Positions 36,900 to 50,147 of a stretch of DNA of 64,000 nucleotides are shown piece by piece. The DNA comes from Gekko japonicus (lineage: Eukaryota). Below the pieces are notes generated by a model. It was not told where the DNA came from, did not search any database, and saw only the letters and a list, made by a program, of their open reading frames with translations. The position numbers were made by a program, and so were the translations under genes. The stretch spans positions 1,772,726 through 1,836,725 of the forward strand of contig NW_015168047.1 in NCBI RefSeq assembly GCF_001447785.1, given 5' to 3'. Each line of letters opens with the position of its first letter. The stretch's first letter is position 1.

Positions 36900-37910
36900 G
36901 GGATTAAGAGTAGCCGGACAGGAAAATGGACCACTGCAGGACCCATAGGGAAAGGCCCTGTGGTGTCCAACCATCAGAGGCAAAAAGTCCGAGGAGGGGG
37001 CGGTGGTCTGTAACTATGGTGAAGGGTCGGCCATACACAAAGTCATGACGTTTCTTTACTCCAGCCACAATCGCCAGGCCCTCCCAGTCTATCTGGGCAT
37101 AGTTCCACTCCGCCAGTGACAGCATCCGGAAGTAGTAGGTGATGGGCACCTCCCGGCTGGCCAGGAGATGGTGGGCCAACACCGCGCCGACGCTGTAGGG
37201 GGACGTGTCACAGGCCACTCATCAAAATGCACCAGAACTTTATTAGAAATCAACAGCGCTTTGACTCCCTTGAATGCGGCGGCCTGGCGGGGGCCCCATG
37301 CCCATGGGGCTTGCTTGTCCAGGAGGCAATGCAAAGCCTTCACTACCGCCGCCTTGTGGGGGAGAAAGGCGTCTTAAAAGTTCAATAGGCCCAGGAACAC
37401 CTGGAACTCCGCCTTCGATTTGGGTGAGGGTGCTTCAACGATGGCTTTTATCTTGTCCCTAGCCGCGTAGACCGTGATGCCCAAAAGGTCCTCTGACGGA
37501 ACCCCCAGGATGCACTTTTCCCACTTTACTTTTAGGCCCACCTCATGGAAGTGGCGGAGGACGATGCGCAACCGGGTGGCGAACTCAGCCAGCATTGCCG
37601 CGGCAATCAACACATCATTGAAAAACGGCGTGACTCCCGGGATCCCTTTCAAAAGAGAGTCCATTAATTGTTGGAAAAGGCTCGGGGCCACGCTCACGCC
37701 AAACTGCGACCTCTTTACCTTGAAGGCCCCTCTATGTGTGACAATTGTTTGCGTGGCAGCAGTGCCCTCGTCCACTGGGAGCTGCTGGTATGCCTGTGCT
37801 AGGTCCAGTTTCCCAAAAATCTTTACCCCTGCCAAGGAGGCAAGACATGGCTGACAACCAGGACTGGGTAAGCGTGGTCCTGAAGTGCCTTATTTAACGT
37901 GCACTTGTTT
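36900..37910 (-). pseudogene. Gypsy reverse transcriptase and RNase H remnant
   Basis: KLDLAQAYQQL, QFGVSVAPSLFQ, FFNDV (degenerate YxDD), ACDTSPYSVGAVL, YAQIDWEGLAIV, TDHRPL. Confidence 0.92.
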
Positions 37911-38139
37911 CTTAAGGGTGGCCTCTGGTATAATGGAGGCGGCGGAGCTGGAATCAAGCTCCCTCTATTTGGACCCGGACCTGGATCTTCGGGGCATAGG
38001 ACTGGCTCGGAAGCCGCAGTACCTGTTCGACTGGCTAGGCTGCGAGGAGATAGAGCTCTTCCTTGGATCCATCATCCTCGTAGTGGGCGTTGGCTCTGTG
38101 GAGTGGCTGGGGCAGTGCTGGCTGGGCTCTGGAGCCCTG

Positions 38140-39084
38140 GAACATCAGGTCACGGCAATGTGCCCTGCACGGCCGCACCTATGGCACTTCGCGTCTCAGA
38201 ACCGGCAGGATTTCCTGTCGTGCTTGTCGCCGCAGCTGGCGCACTCCTGGGCAGGCGAGAAGCGTGGTGCGGACCCTTGTTCCCGGCGTCTGGTTGACTG
38301 TTGGGTGCGGTGGACCTCATCTCTCTCTGGGTCAAGGTTGTCATCCTGCGTTTGGTGCACGGCGGATGTGGTCGATGGACGGTTTTCTCTCCCATGCCGT
38401 GGCAATGGAAAGAGCTGAGGCTAGGGAGCACTTCTCATCCTCCAAGATGCATTGTCTGAGTTTCTCATCACACAGCCCACAAACGAGTTTGTCGTGGAGG
38501 GCCATGTCGAGATGGGCCCTGAACGTGCATTCCGAGGCAAGCTGGTGGAGCTCAGCCAGGTATACTGCTACCAACTCCTGAGGCTGTTGTTGCCGGGCGT
38601 AGAAGGCCACGTGCCACGCTATCTCTGATGGCCGTGGGACAAAATGGTCCTGTAGCTTCTTGATGATGTCCTCGAATGAGGCATCGACCAGCTTCATGGG
38701 GGAGAGCAGGTTGCGGGCCAGCTCCACTGTGGTGGGACCACAGGAGCCAATGAGGAGACCCTTCTTATGCTCATTGGTGGTTACTTCGTAGAATATTAGG
38801 ATGGACTTGAGTCCCTCAACCCAGGCTTCCCAGTGCTGCGGACAGGCCAGGTCAAACAGAGGGACAAGTCCGGCTCCTGGAGCAATGGCCATCATGCGGC
38901 GTGGAGGAGGAGGTGATGCAGGAGGTGAAGAAGGCATGGAGGTCGCTTGGTCTTCTTCTGTGCTCAGCAGGAGCCACGATAGTCTCTGGTACCATCTTCC
39001 ATAGATGCCTCCACGGTCCGGCTTGCTCAGCGGGATCCCACCTTTGTCGCCATTGTTGTGTAGTGGGTTCGACGCATTGAACAA
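38140..39084 (-). pseudogene. Gypsy gag remnant with two CCHC knuckles
   Basis: 247-aa ORF 38341-39084 (FYARQQQPQE..YLAELHQLASECTF..DKLVCGL); frameshifted CASCGDKHDRKSC and CHRCGRAGHIAVT*. Confidence 0.85.
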
Positions 39085-39394
39085 TCAGGAAACAGCGTGA
39101 TTGTCAGCACATGTGTACTAATACACAACACAACAACGCAAGTACCAGCCAGGCGGCCAACTATATACAGCCCACCCACAGGTCCTATTGGAGGGTTTAA
39201 ACTTCCCGCCAAGGTTCCTATTGGTGACCACTTGAGGTGTCAGGATCCTAGTCTCTATTGTCTCTGAGAGCCAAGCTCTGGTCTAAGTCGCTGGCACCTA
39301 GTGGCAGTCAGCGGACTCCTCAAGGATCCATTACCCCTCAGGAATTCACCATTGAATTCCTCCAAAAGACACACACCCATTATGTATCGAGACA
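39054..39394 (-). repeat. Putative 5' LTR of the Gypsy element
   Basis: Minus strand TGTC...CACAACA followed by atggcgac (PBS-like); TATATA at about 39162; outer boundary uncertain. Confidence 0.65.
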
Positions 39395-41090
39395 GGGCTC
39401 CACTGATACTGAACTGTAGACAATAATGGGGAGCCTTATTATTCTAATCACTCTTCTCCTGTTCTCACACTGGCTGGTCCCCAAGAGCCTCCCTCCCATG
39501 AGGCATCAGCCTAGCACTTCACAGCTTGTATAGAAACTAAACATGTGAAGCCCATGTGCAGCACATATATGCATGCCTTCTTACCCTGAAACAATGAACG
39601 CCTACCTCCTTTCAGTTGCAAGACTGGACAGGATGCAGTGAAAAGAGAACAACTGAACAGGAACTAACAGCAAGATGGTTCTATTGTGCACAGATAGCTG
39701 GGGCAGGCAACAGCCACTCTGCAGTTCATTGCCACCTAACCTTCGAATGAGTTCATGAAGAGGCAGAAGAAATGGGAGCCATTAGCGGCAACAATTTTCT
39801 GCTCCAGCAGAATGATGGCAAAAGTGAGGAACTGCAAGAGCCTTTTCCGTGCTAAAGAAGCAGCATTCAAACCTAAGGGGGGAAGGGAGCAAGTATCTCC
39901 TTTAATAGCTTCTGCAAGCACCACACAGGAACTTTCCTTCAATTAATATGCAGTATACGTGAGATCTTCCAGGGAGTTGCTCGTGTTAGTCTTTAAGGTG
40001 CCATAAGGTTCCTGTTTCATCAAAACATATTAACAGGGCTACCCTCCTTTGGAATGATCACAATTGAACTCCTGTGGGAAAATTAACATGCAGGCATTGG
40101 AAGTGGCAATAATGAGTCACAGGTTCATGTCTAGTCTGACCTCAAGGCCTTAGGCCAAAGTTACAAAACCCAGAAAGGATTAAATGTGTTTTCTAAGTCA
40201 ACCTTCTTGCATGGGTATCAGTCAGTTCAGAAACCTGACACATACATTTAAAATGGCATTTTTTTTTTACACACGCACAGCCAGTGGGAGCAGGGCTGAA
40301 AAGTGCAGTAAGTGGCACATGTTAATTCAGTGTCGGTTACAAATCGGATGACTTCTGTGTCTCTTGAGCATGGGACTACACATTCCACAAAAATACATAC
40401 AGTACAAGCTGATTACCAGCTTTCGGTAGTGAGAGGCAAATTTGGGAGAGGGTGACTTTGACCAGATAAATGGTGAAGGGAGGGATCACCATTTTAACCT
40501 ATTCAATCAGCCTGGTAGAAAAGAGGCATTAACATCTGGCCCCCAAACACTGCCACTATCCCTTTTGTTTTCTGATATGCAGCCTTATACGAGCTCTACA
40601 GAACCTGAAAGCTTGTGCACTGTGTTATTTTGGCTGGTCTTAATAAAAGGTAATAAAATGTATTAAAAGGACATTTGGTTTCTTGGATTTTACACCTTAT
40701 TCTGTAGCAATCACACTCCTCTTCAGCAAGGGTGTTCACTATTTATTACTTCTGTACAAAAAAAATCGTTCTGCATAGAATTAACTCCTTATGTCTCTTC
40801 AAGCTTTGAGAATTTTCCATAGGAACAAAAGGTGATATATCATTTTGACTCTTCCCTAGTCAAAATGATGCATCACCTTTTGACTTCGTATATGTCTCCT
40901 CCTCTATCACTCTCCTCAATTCATAACTTGTTCCACTGTAAACTGTACTGCATCTAACACTGCCTGAATGTGTCCTCTTTCATTGTTCTCTTTCTAGCCA
41001 AATGGATCATTCCAAAGGAGACTATTCCAGAATTCTTGCTCAAGTGTCAAGTGACAGAAGGTGAAAGGTTTGGCAATTTTAGGTTTAAAA

Positions 41091-41420
41091 TAGGGTAGCC
41101 ATGTTCCCTCTTTGGGCAGGAGGCCTTCCTACTGCCACTCAGCTGGACAGTGGGCAAAGATGGGGGGAATGGGAGGGGAAATTGCCAGCATCCTGTCATG
41201 ACGATGTCACCTCCAGATGTCATTACATTGCCAGTGATGCTCCAGCACTCAGTCAAAACTCTACAGGTGAATCATTTGGGTGAAATGCTAGAGTGTTGCC
41301 AGCAATGTGGTAACATCACTTCTGCTCGCACCAGAAGTGACATCACTGCATCACTGGCAATGTCATTATATTGTCAGCGAGGCCTCTCTCCAAATGTAAT
41401 TCTCCCACTGGTTGCCAGTC
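41091..41420. mobile_element. Degenerate TAGGGTTGCC-family MITE with internal palindrome
   Basis: tagggtagcc start; mirrored gatgtcac/gtgacatc and cattgccagtgatgc/gcatcactggcaatg motifs. Confidence 0.6.
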
Positions 41421-41449
41421 TCGTGCTTCATGGTCCCTTCACAGCATGA

Positions 41450-41917
41450 GATCCACTGTACTGGCGTGCAGGCTCAAAGTACCACGTTTCAGAAGTCAGG
41501 CAGGGCGGGGTCATTCAGTCCAAAGTGAGGATTCTAGAAGTCAGGCAGGGAGGGTCGTTCAGTCCGAAGTCAGGGTTCTAGAAGTCAGGCTAGGCAAGGT
41601 CGTGGGGTTTTTATGACCCCATGCCTAAGGATCACACTTGCAGCCAGCTGCTCAGAAATAATCCTGCAACTACTCATCTTTGTGCGCTCTGTCTTCTTAC
41701 TCTTAATTCTGTTCTCAGCCTATGTCAGCTAACTGAGGTTCACCTGCTGAATCAGGGCTGGAGGGTGTTGGTGGCTCTGTACCAGCTGTTGGCTATGAAA
41801 ACTGACAAGCCTGCATCTCATTCTCTTGCTGGTCAACTTCTGTTAATTCAAGACTGGCTACACGGGGCTTCTCCTGAGGAGTCCTCGCTATTTCTGAGCC
41901 CTGGCTGACCCACAACA
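41450..41917 (-). mobile_element. Probable solo LTR with 44-45-bp internal tandem repeat
   Basis: agaagtcaggcaggg..gggtc(a/g)ttcagtcc repeated about 2.5 times at 41490-41602; ends cacaaca (TG on minus strand). Confidence 0.5.
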
Positions 41918-43169
41918 CCTACATATCTAAAGGACTTTTTGCCCCCATACAATAGCTATGGCATTCACCTTGCCACCTTCTGGATGTTCCCCTACTAAAG
42001 GAAGCCCACCTGATATCAACGAGCCCGTGCTTTCACAGCAGTTGTTCCTATTTTATGGAATTTGCTGCCCATGGAGGTGAGGGGCGTCTATCTTTGGAAA
42101 ACTCCAGGAGGCATTGTAAGGGTGTTATATTCACCAGATCTTTTAATAGAACAAGTTGCAGGCATTTTATCAAGGTGGGAGAAACTGAGGTTTCATTGTT
42201 ATTTGATGCTTTTAATTATCAATTTAGAAACCACCTTGAGTCAAGGGGAAAGGCAAAATATAAATGTTTGATTAAATAAAAACTACTCCAGGGATTTTCA
42301 GGGTAGCCCTAATTCCTTAGTTCCCCATCTGAAAAGAGAGTGTTGTGTAACTGTACAGACTCGTAATGCACAAGCCAGACATAAATAAATGTATATAATT
42401 CTTGTCAAAGAATTCAGCGGTGTTCTTCCACTGAAGTCAGTGAGATACAACTGCTTGACTTAGATGAAATCATACCCATAGCTTTAGCCTGTAAAATGTG
42501 TCACAGGTAATTATGAAGCACAGAAAAATCCGTCCTCAACTAATGAGCTGAATGCATGAATAAAAAAAGAAACCCATAAAAAGGACCGAGAATTCTGCAA
42601 TTCATTAGGATTGGATCTACACAGCCAAAACACACTTTCCTTCTAAGACATCAAAAGGTTTCATGTTCTAATCGTACAATCTACACATTTTACCTCCTTA
42701 TCTCTAGTCCAACTTCTCAACCAAGAAACTGCGATTCTAAATCCAAATATATTTTGACTCTACAGAACTTACTGAATATTTTAACTGAAAACACCTTGAT
42801 AAACTAAACAGAATGACTCCCGTGTGAGCCTCCTCCCCCTTCTCCTTCTGTGATGCATTATAATAGCTTATAATTCTTCAAATTTAAACATCTCCAAATA
42901 GATCTTTGTCCTAAATTGCTACAAAAGAAAAATGCTTTTTCTTTTAGTACTTTATGTGTTACCTAAGAAAACTTTTGGACATGTTCTTTAAAAATATCCG
43001 GAGGGAAAACAAATGTGCTTATTTCTGTGCTAAACTATATGCACTGATGTAATTACTTAGTGATCTGAATTTCTGCAGCTCTGATCCTGATTTATTCACA
43101 GTCTAAAAGCATACAGGGGGAAGAGGAGTGGGTAACCAGGCAGACCTAATGAGAAACTCAACCAAATCT

Positions 43170-43310
43170 AGTTTCAGCTCGATTTGAGTCCAGTAGCATC
43201 TGAGAGACCAACCAGGTCTTTGATGAAAGGAGCCCTCACTCTCAAAAGTTTACAACCCCCAAAATCTTGTTGCTAAGGTACTACTGCATTCGAATCTTCC
43301 TCTTCTACCA
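43170..43310. mobile_element. Penelope-like inverted end with decayed hammerhead core
   Basis: gagtccagtagcatc arm mirrored by ggtactactgcattcgaatc; ttgatgaaaggagccctcactctcaaaag. Confidence 0.6.
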
Positions 43311-43413
43311 AATCGAGTAGTGAGCAGGGAACAAACTGCACAGTTAGCAGCCTTATGCAACTGACTTTTACTTGACTACCTCTTCAGACTGCCGGAAACA
43401 GAAGGGCTGTAGG

Positions 43414-43619
43414 CAATGTTCCCTCTAAGCTGTGGAGTCTTGTGAGCAAAAATTCTACTTTGTGAGCTACTGGCATTAAAGTTGTGAGCGAGTGATTGGG
43501 CTGCTGCATAAATTAGTTTGCTCTGGAGCCCTCCTTCCTGAGCTAAGACAAAAATGTGTGAGCTGGAGGCTAAAAAACTGTGAGCTAGCTCACACTAACT
43601 CAGCTTAGAGGGAACACTG
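43414..43619 (-). mobile_element. hAT MITE, CAGTGTTCCCTCTAAGCTG family, copy 3
   Basis: TIRs present; perfect TSD gctgtagg. Confidence 0.92.
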
Positions 43620-44192
43620 GCTGTAGGTTTAAACATCTCCCTTGTATTTTTTTAAAAAAACCAACTCCTTGCACATTTGAAACAAGTCAAGAAGATAGCC
43701 ACCCAAAAGCCTTCTCCCCAACATGCTGATTTTGAATGGGGGAGTGTTAAATATGAGAGCACGTTCCCCCACTTGAAGTTGGAAATGCAAAGTAATGCAG
43801 CTGCCAACACATCCCAAAAACTAATGAAGCCAACTGCACCTTCAGCACTGAAATCCATGAATGCATCCACTTAAAACTCTGGAACAAGACTCTCCAGTGG
43901 AAAATCTCAAGTACATCTGAGACAGTTCGTGCAACATACACACCACATGAGTGTGGAGGAAGGCGACAGACCACTCACTGTCAGTACTCAAAACTTTGGC
44001 TGAGGTGAAGCTACTCCAGTGACTCCTCTCTCTCTCTGCCATGAACCAGTGAGTAGATTAGCAGATGTGAGAGAGAAGGACCAGCAGTTGCCAGCAGTCA
44101 GGGCAGTAAGACAGGATGGAAGAGGCTGGGACCACTCGCAAGGCTCTAGTTAAGAACTGGGGCCTGGAATGAATATTGAGAGGGGCTATAGC

Positions 44193-44486
44193 TAGGCTTG
44201 CCATTCCCCTGTGGGGGGTAGGGGTTTGCCTACTTTTAGGCCAGTGGGGGGAACCCCACCCCCAAAGTGCTGCCAACGTGTCCGGCGCGATGATGTCATC
44301 GTGCCAGACACATTGTGGGAGGATGCTCTATCATTCGAGGGAAAACTCTATAGTTTTTCCTCGAACAATAGAGGCCCCCACCCACAACATGCCCTGCACG
44401 ATGATGTCACTTCTGGGTGACATCACAGAACGAGTGCACCAAAAAACTCCCAAACAAGAAGAAGGACCCCCCTGCCGGCAGCCCTA
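44193..44486. mobile_element. hAT MITE, TAGGGTTGCC family with internal palindrome
   Basis: taggcttgcc/ggcagcccta; perfect TSD gctatagc; centre gaaaactctatagtttttcc resembles the 30421 copy. Confidence 0.85.
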
Positions 44487-45037
44487 GCTATAGCTTATTG
44501 GAAAATATACCTTGCGTGGAGAAGATCCCATGTTCCAACATCTTCAGTTAAAGGATTTCCAGTTACAGAGGTTGGGAAAGATCTCTGCTTGAGATCTTGA
44601 AAAGCTGCTTCCAGTCAGAGAAGATGTCCTAATCCAGCTGCGTCAATGGTTTGGCCTTCACAGCAGACTCACATGCTGAGTCAGAATGAACTTTGAATGA
44701 ACTATGTACAAAACGTTCTCCTTATGCTGCACATTTCTGCATTATTTCTCACAGTTACTGGAAAACCATGGTTATTGCACAGGTAATGTACAAAATAATG
44801 ATGAGGTTATATTAAAATATGTACATTCTTCAGTGCATCTTGCAGATTATATATTCACCAGAAAATGTACAAAACCCTCTTGACATTTCCAAAGACCTGC
44901 TGGAGAATATACAAGTTGACCAGGCACCATGTATGATTCCCTCTTCAGGGACAGATGATGAGACATGCTCCATGAGTGGTGGTGAAAGTGCACAGTTGAC
45001 AGTTGTCATGTACATCAGCTGTTCAAATGACATTACA

Positions 45038-45132
45038 CATAAGAACATAAGAGATGCCAATGTTGGATCAGGCCAAAGGCCCATCCAGTCCAACACTCTG
45101 TATCACACAGTGGCCAGAAATACCAGTGCCAT
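45038..45132 (-). mobile_element. CR1 LINE 3' end fragment
   Basis: cataagaacataaga 8-mer tail followed by gttggatcaggccaaaggcccatccagtccaacac; mirrors 54540-54630. Confidence 0.75.
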
Positions 45133-45172
45133 ATCATATAGATTATATATATTTCCTTCCGATTACTTCGGT

Positions 45173-45745
45173 CAGGGGTCCCCAAGCATTCTGAGCCTGC
45201 AGGTATATTTGGAATTTTGACAGGGGCTGGTGAGTACTACCCCGTCACATCTCCTTGTGAGAAGGAAAGCCTGAAGGAGAAATGGAACCACACACTAAGA
45301 AGAAGAAGAGATTGGATTTATACCCCACCCTTCACTGGGAGTCTCAGAGCGCCTTACAAACTCCTTTCCCTTCCCCTCCCCACAACAGACACCCTGTGAG
45401 GTAGGTAGAGCTGAGAGAGCTCTGAGAGAACTGCTCTTTCAAGGACAGCTCTGACAGGATTATGGCTTGCCCAAGGTCATCCAGCAGGTGCAAGTGGAGG
45501 AGTGGGGAATCAAATCCGGTTCTCCCAGATTAGAGTCACGCACTTAACCACTACACTAAGGAAAGCCCAGGTGCTCATCAGTCCTCCTGATCTTCCAGCA
45601 GAATACTTTTTCATCTGAATGAGGGCAGCTAGTAACAAGCCTTGCCTTATAGTGGCCACACCCACTTTCTGAAAAACTTGGCAGGCATCAAGGGATGTAC
45701 TGGTGGGTGCCGTGGTACCCACAGGCACCAGGTTGGGGAACCCTG
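45173..45745. mobile_element. hAT-Charlie-like MITE with nested Squam3C SINE
   Basis: caggggtccccaa/ttggggaaccctg TIRs; TSD acttcggt/acttaggt. Confidence 0.75.
45298..45558 (-). mobile_element. Squam3C-like SINE
   Basis: (AAG)n plus-strand start, ccacaacagacaccctgtgaggtagg body, cttaaccactacac head. Confidence 0.88.
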
Positions 45746-47703
45746 ACTTAGGTGAAACCAAGATCCAACCTTAGCCATGCTTTAACTGTACTGATTCCAA
45801 GAATGTAAACATGGTTAAAGCATGTAATTTGCATAAATGATCTCGTGACACTCTCTCACACAACCAAAGAGAACAATCTAGTATTTACAATTGGTGGACA
45901 AAAGCCGCTCAGTGATTTATGTTGTTGTGCTCTGGCTCAGTTTTTAATTCTGGGGTTTAATTAACAACTTTAAAGTTTTACATTTTTTCAAATGTTTCGT
46001 TTCGTAAGCTATCTTGGTCAGGTTCCCTGCATAAAATTTTTCTAAACAAACAAAGCACCCGGGGGGTGGCATTTTTGCTGGATCTCATAACAGTGATTTC
46101 TAAAATAAGTTCTGAAATGATAATGCCAGCCTTTTAATAAATTAATAAAAATAAAAAAGCCTTTTAATAAATTAACATATTTAGTTTGCTAATGAAAGAC
46201 TTTAAAATGCAGATTTTAAATTTTATTTTTACCATACATTTGAAGGGGCACCAGCTGCCATTCAACATACAGTTATGAATGTTTAAGCCCGGTTTTCATC
46301 AACAGAATTTAAGGACACTTGTCTTTGCACTGCACTATTACCAAAACCCCTGAAAACCAGTAACACCAACACCAGAACTGCATATAATCTGTGCTTGTCT
46401 GCAAGATGTTCTCCCATTCATTTAAAAAGCAGAGGCAATTCTGTGTACATGGATCTGCTCACTTCACAGGAATGGATAGGCAATAATTTTGTATAAGTAT
46501 TTATAAATACACATAATAGACATAATGGAAGATTTTGCACTTCTTGATTTTCTATGATATTTAATGGCCCAGACAGTTGTTATTCATGCAATTCTCTGTT
46601 CTCAGGAATGATTACATAGTTGTTCGATACAAAAAAAGAAAGTAGATGTAGTTGTAGATACTATCATTCTTATTTAACTTAAGGCAAATGTTAACACCCA
46701 CTCAATCATCAGTCTAGCTCTAGAGGAGAATTCCGTTGCCTGTAAGAAGCTTCACAAAATGTGTCATTTCTGCAACATAAACACACATCTTCTCAGCAAC
46801 ATCTCAATTTGCATCTAACAAAGAAAGCCAGTGAAAAAAATTGTGTCTCAGAATGAAATTATCTGATTAAAGCCCAGGAAGATAAAATGAACACGATGGA
46901 AAGCCTCTCTTCATTCCTCTGGGAGGGGATGTGACTTTTTTTTAACCATTTATTGTTTATGGTGAAGAATTCGTGTGTGTGTGTGTGTGTGTGGCGTGCT
47001 GTTCATTATTTTATATTCTTCTCAATTGTCAATTTTTAAACTTTTTAGGCTTGGTTAAATTTGGCTGCTTTCAGCGCCAATGCTTATCAATATCTATGAA
47101 GAAAAGACAATGTATGCTTACTTCAGCCACTCAAATTCTCCCTGAAGTATTCCTGTGTGAAAGCTCCCTTTATCTAGCCATATCCTTTTCTAACCCACAT
47201 TTATTTACCATTCCATTGGTACCCTAGTCTTCCTCAAGAACCACAAGGCAGCATTCATGGTCTTCTCTTCCTCATTTCACCTTTACAACAATACTGTGAG
47301 GAAAGTCAGATCTAAGCCAAGAGACATGCAGAATGCTACCCAGTGAACTTCATAATGAAGTAAAACGTGAGGCCAAGTCTCCCCAGCCCCACATCCTATC
47401 AGCTCCACCATACTGCAGCTTCCTTGCAGTCCTTGTGAGGGCTTGATGAGTCCATGTCCAAAGGCCATTCCTCCCACAGAGAGGTTTAATCTGTGGCAGC
47501 CCACTCTAAGTGAAATTGATATCTTCTCTGTTTATGGTCAGAGGCGTTTTTGTCACTTATGGTATGTGATTTTACTGCTGTCTGTAGCTACCATGGATGT
47601 GGGCTGCTGTTTTGATTGATAGCATTGAGGGCTTGGCCTCTTAATCACTGTGACTCAGTCTATCATACATAATTAAAAAATAGCATTTCTTAGTACCCAA
47701 GAC

Positions 47704-47909
47704 CAGTGTTCCCTCTAAGCTGAGTTAGTGTGAGCTAGCTCACAGTTTTTTAGCCTCTGGCTCACACATTTTCGTCTTAGCTCAGGAAGGATGGCTCCAG
47801 AGCAAACTAATTTATGCAGTAGCCAAATCGCTTGCTCACAACTTTAATGCCAATAGCTCACAAAGTAGAATTTTTGCTCAGAAGACTCCACAGCTTAGAG
47901 GGAGCATTA
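47704..47909 (+). mobile_element. hAT MITE, CAGTGTTCCCTCTAAGCTG family, copy 4
   Basis: TIRs present; TSD cccaagac/ctcaagac. Confidence 0.9.
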
Positions 47910-48654
47910 CTCAAGACCCATTAGGGGGGTGTCTGTAGTCATTAAGACACATTACCATTTCCTTAGTCATGTTTACTAGTCAACTGTATGTCAACAGTTT
48001 GTCAACAGTATGCCAGACTAGATTCAGCAGGCTCTACATAGGTTCCAAGCCATGGGGCATGGAAGAGACATGTGTTCTGCCTACCTGAAGGGTGTGAGTC
48101 AGCTGCAGCACCTGAAGAGGTACAGGATGTCTCTCACAGCGATCTAATGTGGGATAAGGAATCTGGTTCCATGAATAGCCTCCACCTGTGCTCGGCTTGT
48201 ATATTTGTAAGTAAAGCAAACACTACCAAAAATGTCATTAAAAGTCTTCAGTGTCATTAAAAGTCTTCAGTGTGCTATCCTCCAAAAAATAAAACACACA
48301 ACCCAAGTAAGTGCAAGCCCCAACCTGGTGGGACTCTCTGCCAAATACCATCAGGGTCCTGCGGGATTTTATGCAATTGCACAGGGCCTGTAAGGCAGAG
48401 ATGTTCCGTCAGGTCTTTGGTTGAGGACAGCAATGGTTTCCCATCATAACTGGCACCCTTTCCGCTCTGGTTGCTTCTTGTATCCACTTTGCCCTCCTCT
48501 CCCCTGCCCATGAAGCAGCCAGCAGTCTGAAATGGGACCAAATAATATATGCCATCTTTTTGTTAGAAATATGTTATTAATGTTTTGTTTTATCTTGATG
48601 TTTTTATGAATAGTGTACATCGCCTGCAGGGATTGGGTGATTAACAAAAGAAAA

Positions 48655-48716
48655 AGGAAGGAAGGAAGGAAGGAAGGAAGGAAGGAAGGAAGGAAGGAAG
48701 GAAGGAAGGAAGGAAG
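48655..48716. repeat. (AAGG)n microsatellite
   Basis: About 15 uninterrupted units. Confidence 0.95.
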
Positions 48717-49091
48717 CTCTCTGCCTCACCTAGAAAAGAGGGAAATACGTTAACACCAACAATACCCAGTTCTGGTTTACAGTTTCAAATGATGTGAGTA
48801 TACAAATTCATGTAAGCAAACTACTGCTTTGGGCATACAACAGAGGGAAAAGTGGCCTATAAATGATCACACAAATTCAGTGGTAGATGGATAACAACTG
48901 ATTGACCATAGGCTTGGGGAAACCACTGAGAAGAGCCAGTTCCTGTAACCATTCACCTGAACTGAAAAGGCAGGGGCTTGAGTAGTAATCTCAGAAAATG
49001 GCTCATACAGGAGACAGTAGTCCTGTGGACACCCTGGACACTATTCATAGATAATACACTGTATATTAGCCAGTTCTTACTACATTTGACT

Positions 49092-50147
49092 TGTTAGAGA
49101 ATAAGCTTTATGGACTATTTATTGCTACACACAATGGACTGTGAACATACACATAGCCTCAGAAAGCTGTACACTTTAAGCCACCTGTTGTGATGCCACA
49201 CATAGAAGGTGCCTGCACATACCTTACATGTAAATAAGGTTTCAGCTACACAGTTGCCCAGCCTGGTGAAGAAGCACACACCTCCATTATTGTGAGCAAT
49301 GGAACAACAACCTCAGGAAGAGACAGCCCCCATTGCAGAACTTCTTGTAGTCAGGTACTACCCATCACCTGCTTTGTTCCTGCATTGGCATTTCCTGCCA
49401 AATGGACATTTGGTTATCAAAGACACTAACCTGCTTCATCAACACTACAATGGAGCATCCTGACGCCTAGGCTTCACACCCGTCCAGATGCCATACTCTG
49501 AGTAAGGTTTTAAGTTACAATATTGGCCAACTCTTTCAGGTAACCTTCCCTTCCCACATGCAACCAATAGGATTGTTTTTGGGATGGACTAACAGGTAGG
49601 TGGGTCAAGGGGTTGGCACAGTTACCACCCATCTCTTGGACCCCCTATAAAAGGGAAGGACCATTCACCTGGCCCTTCCTAGCTAGCAATCCCCACATCA
49701 ACCCCTATCTGCTTTTACCCCTCTTAAGTCCCACTTGCTATCCCCAACCCTTGCCTCTACTTTGATCTCTTGATCTGCAGTCAAGAGACCCACACATTCT
49801 GGCTGGTTCTGGTCGTGTGTGAATTCCTTTGTTTTCCCTTTCTTCCCATCCATTCTTCATTGGAACAACCAAGCTGCAAGACAGATAAGTATCGCCCACC
49901 ATCACCCCTACCTGCTAATGCAACTGTGCTTATTTTAATACTGTAATTCTTAGAAACTTGATTGAATGGGTAAGTGCATCAGTATTGTTTGTATGAGATA
50001 TATTTTCTAGTAAAAGACATTTATTTTAACTACAACAGCCTCGAATCCTTTACTATTAACCCTTGGTGGGAACAGGACCTTGGTATAAACTGGCAAGAAT
50101 CCATTTATAAATTGCCAATTGCTGTAAATAAAGCAATTTGGCTAACA
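49092..50147 (+). mobile_element. Solo LTR (~1056 bp)
   Basis: TGTTAG...CTAACA termini; 4-bp TSD gact; CCAAT at 49564, TATAAAA at 49646, AGTAAA at 50009. Confidence 0.85.

Larger units (their letters stand above)
35740..39394 (-). mobile_element. Decayed Ty3/Gypsy LTR retrotransposon
   Basis: Domain order gag-PR-RT-RH-INT on the minus strand; PBS-like tggcgac just after the putative 5' LTR; many stops, frameshifts and deletions. Confidence 0.93.

Noticed and set aside
44819-45220. 133-aa ORF
   Set aside because: The 3' half is a CR1 tail and a MITE; the 5' half is unrecognisable.
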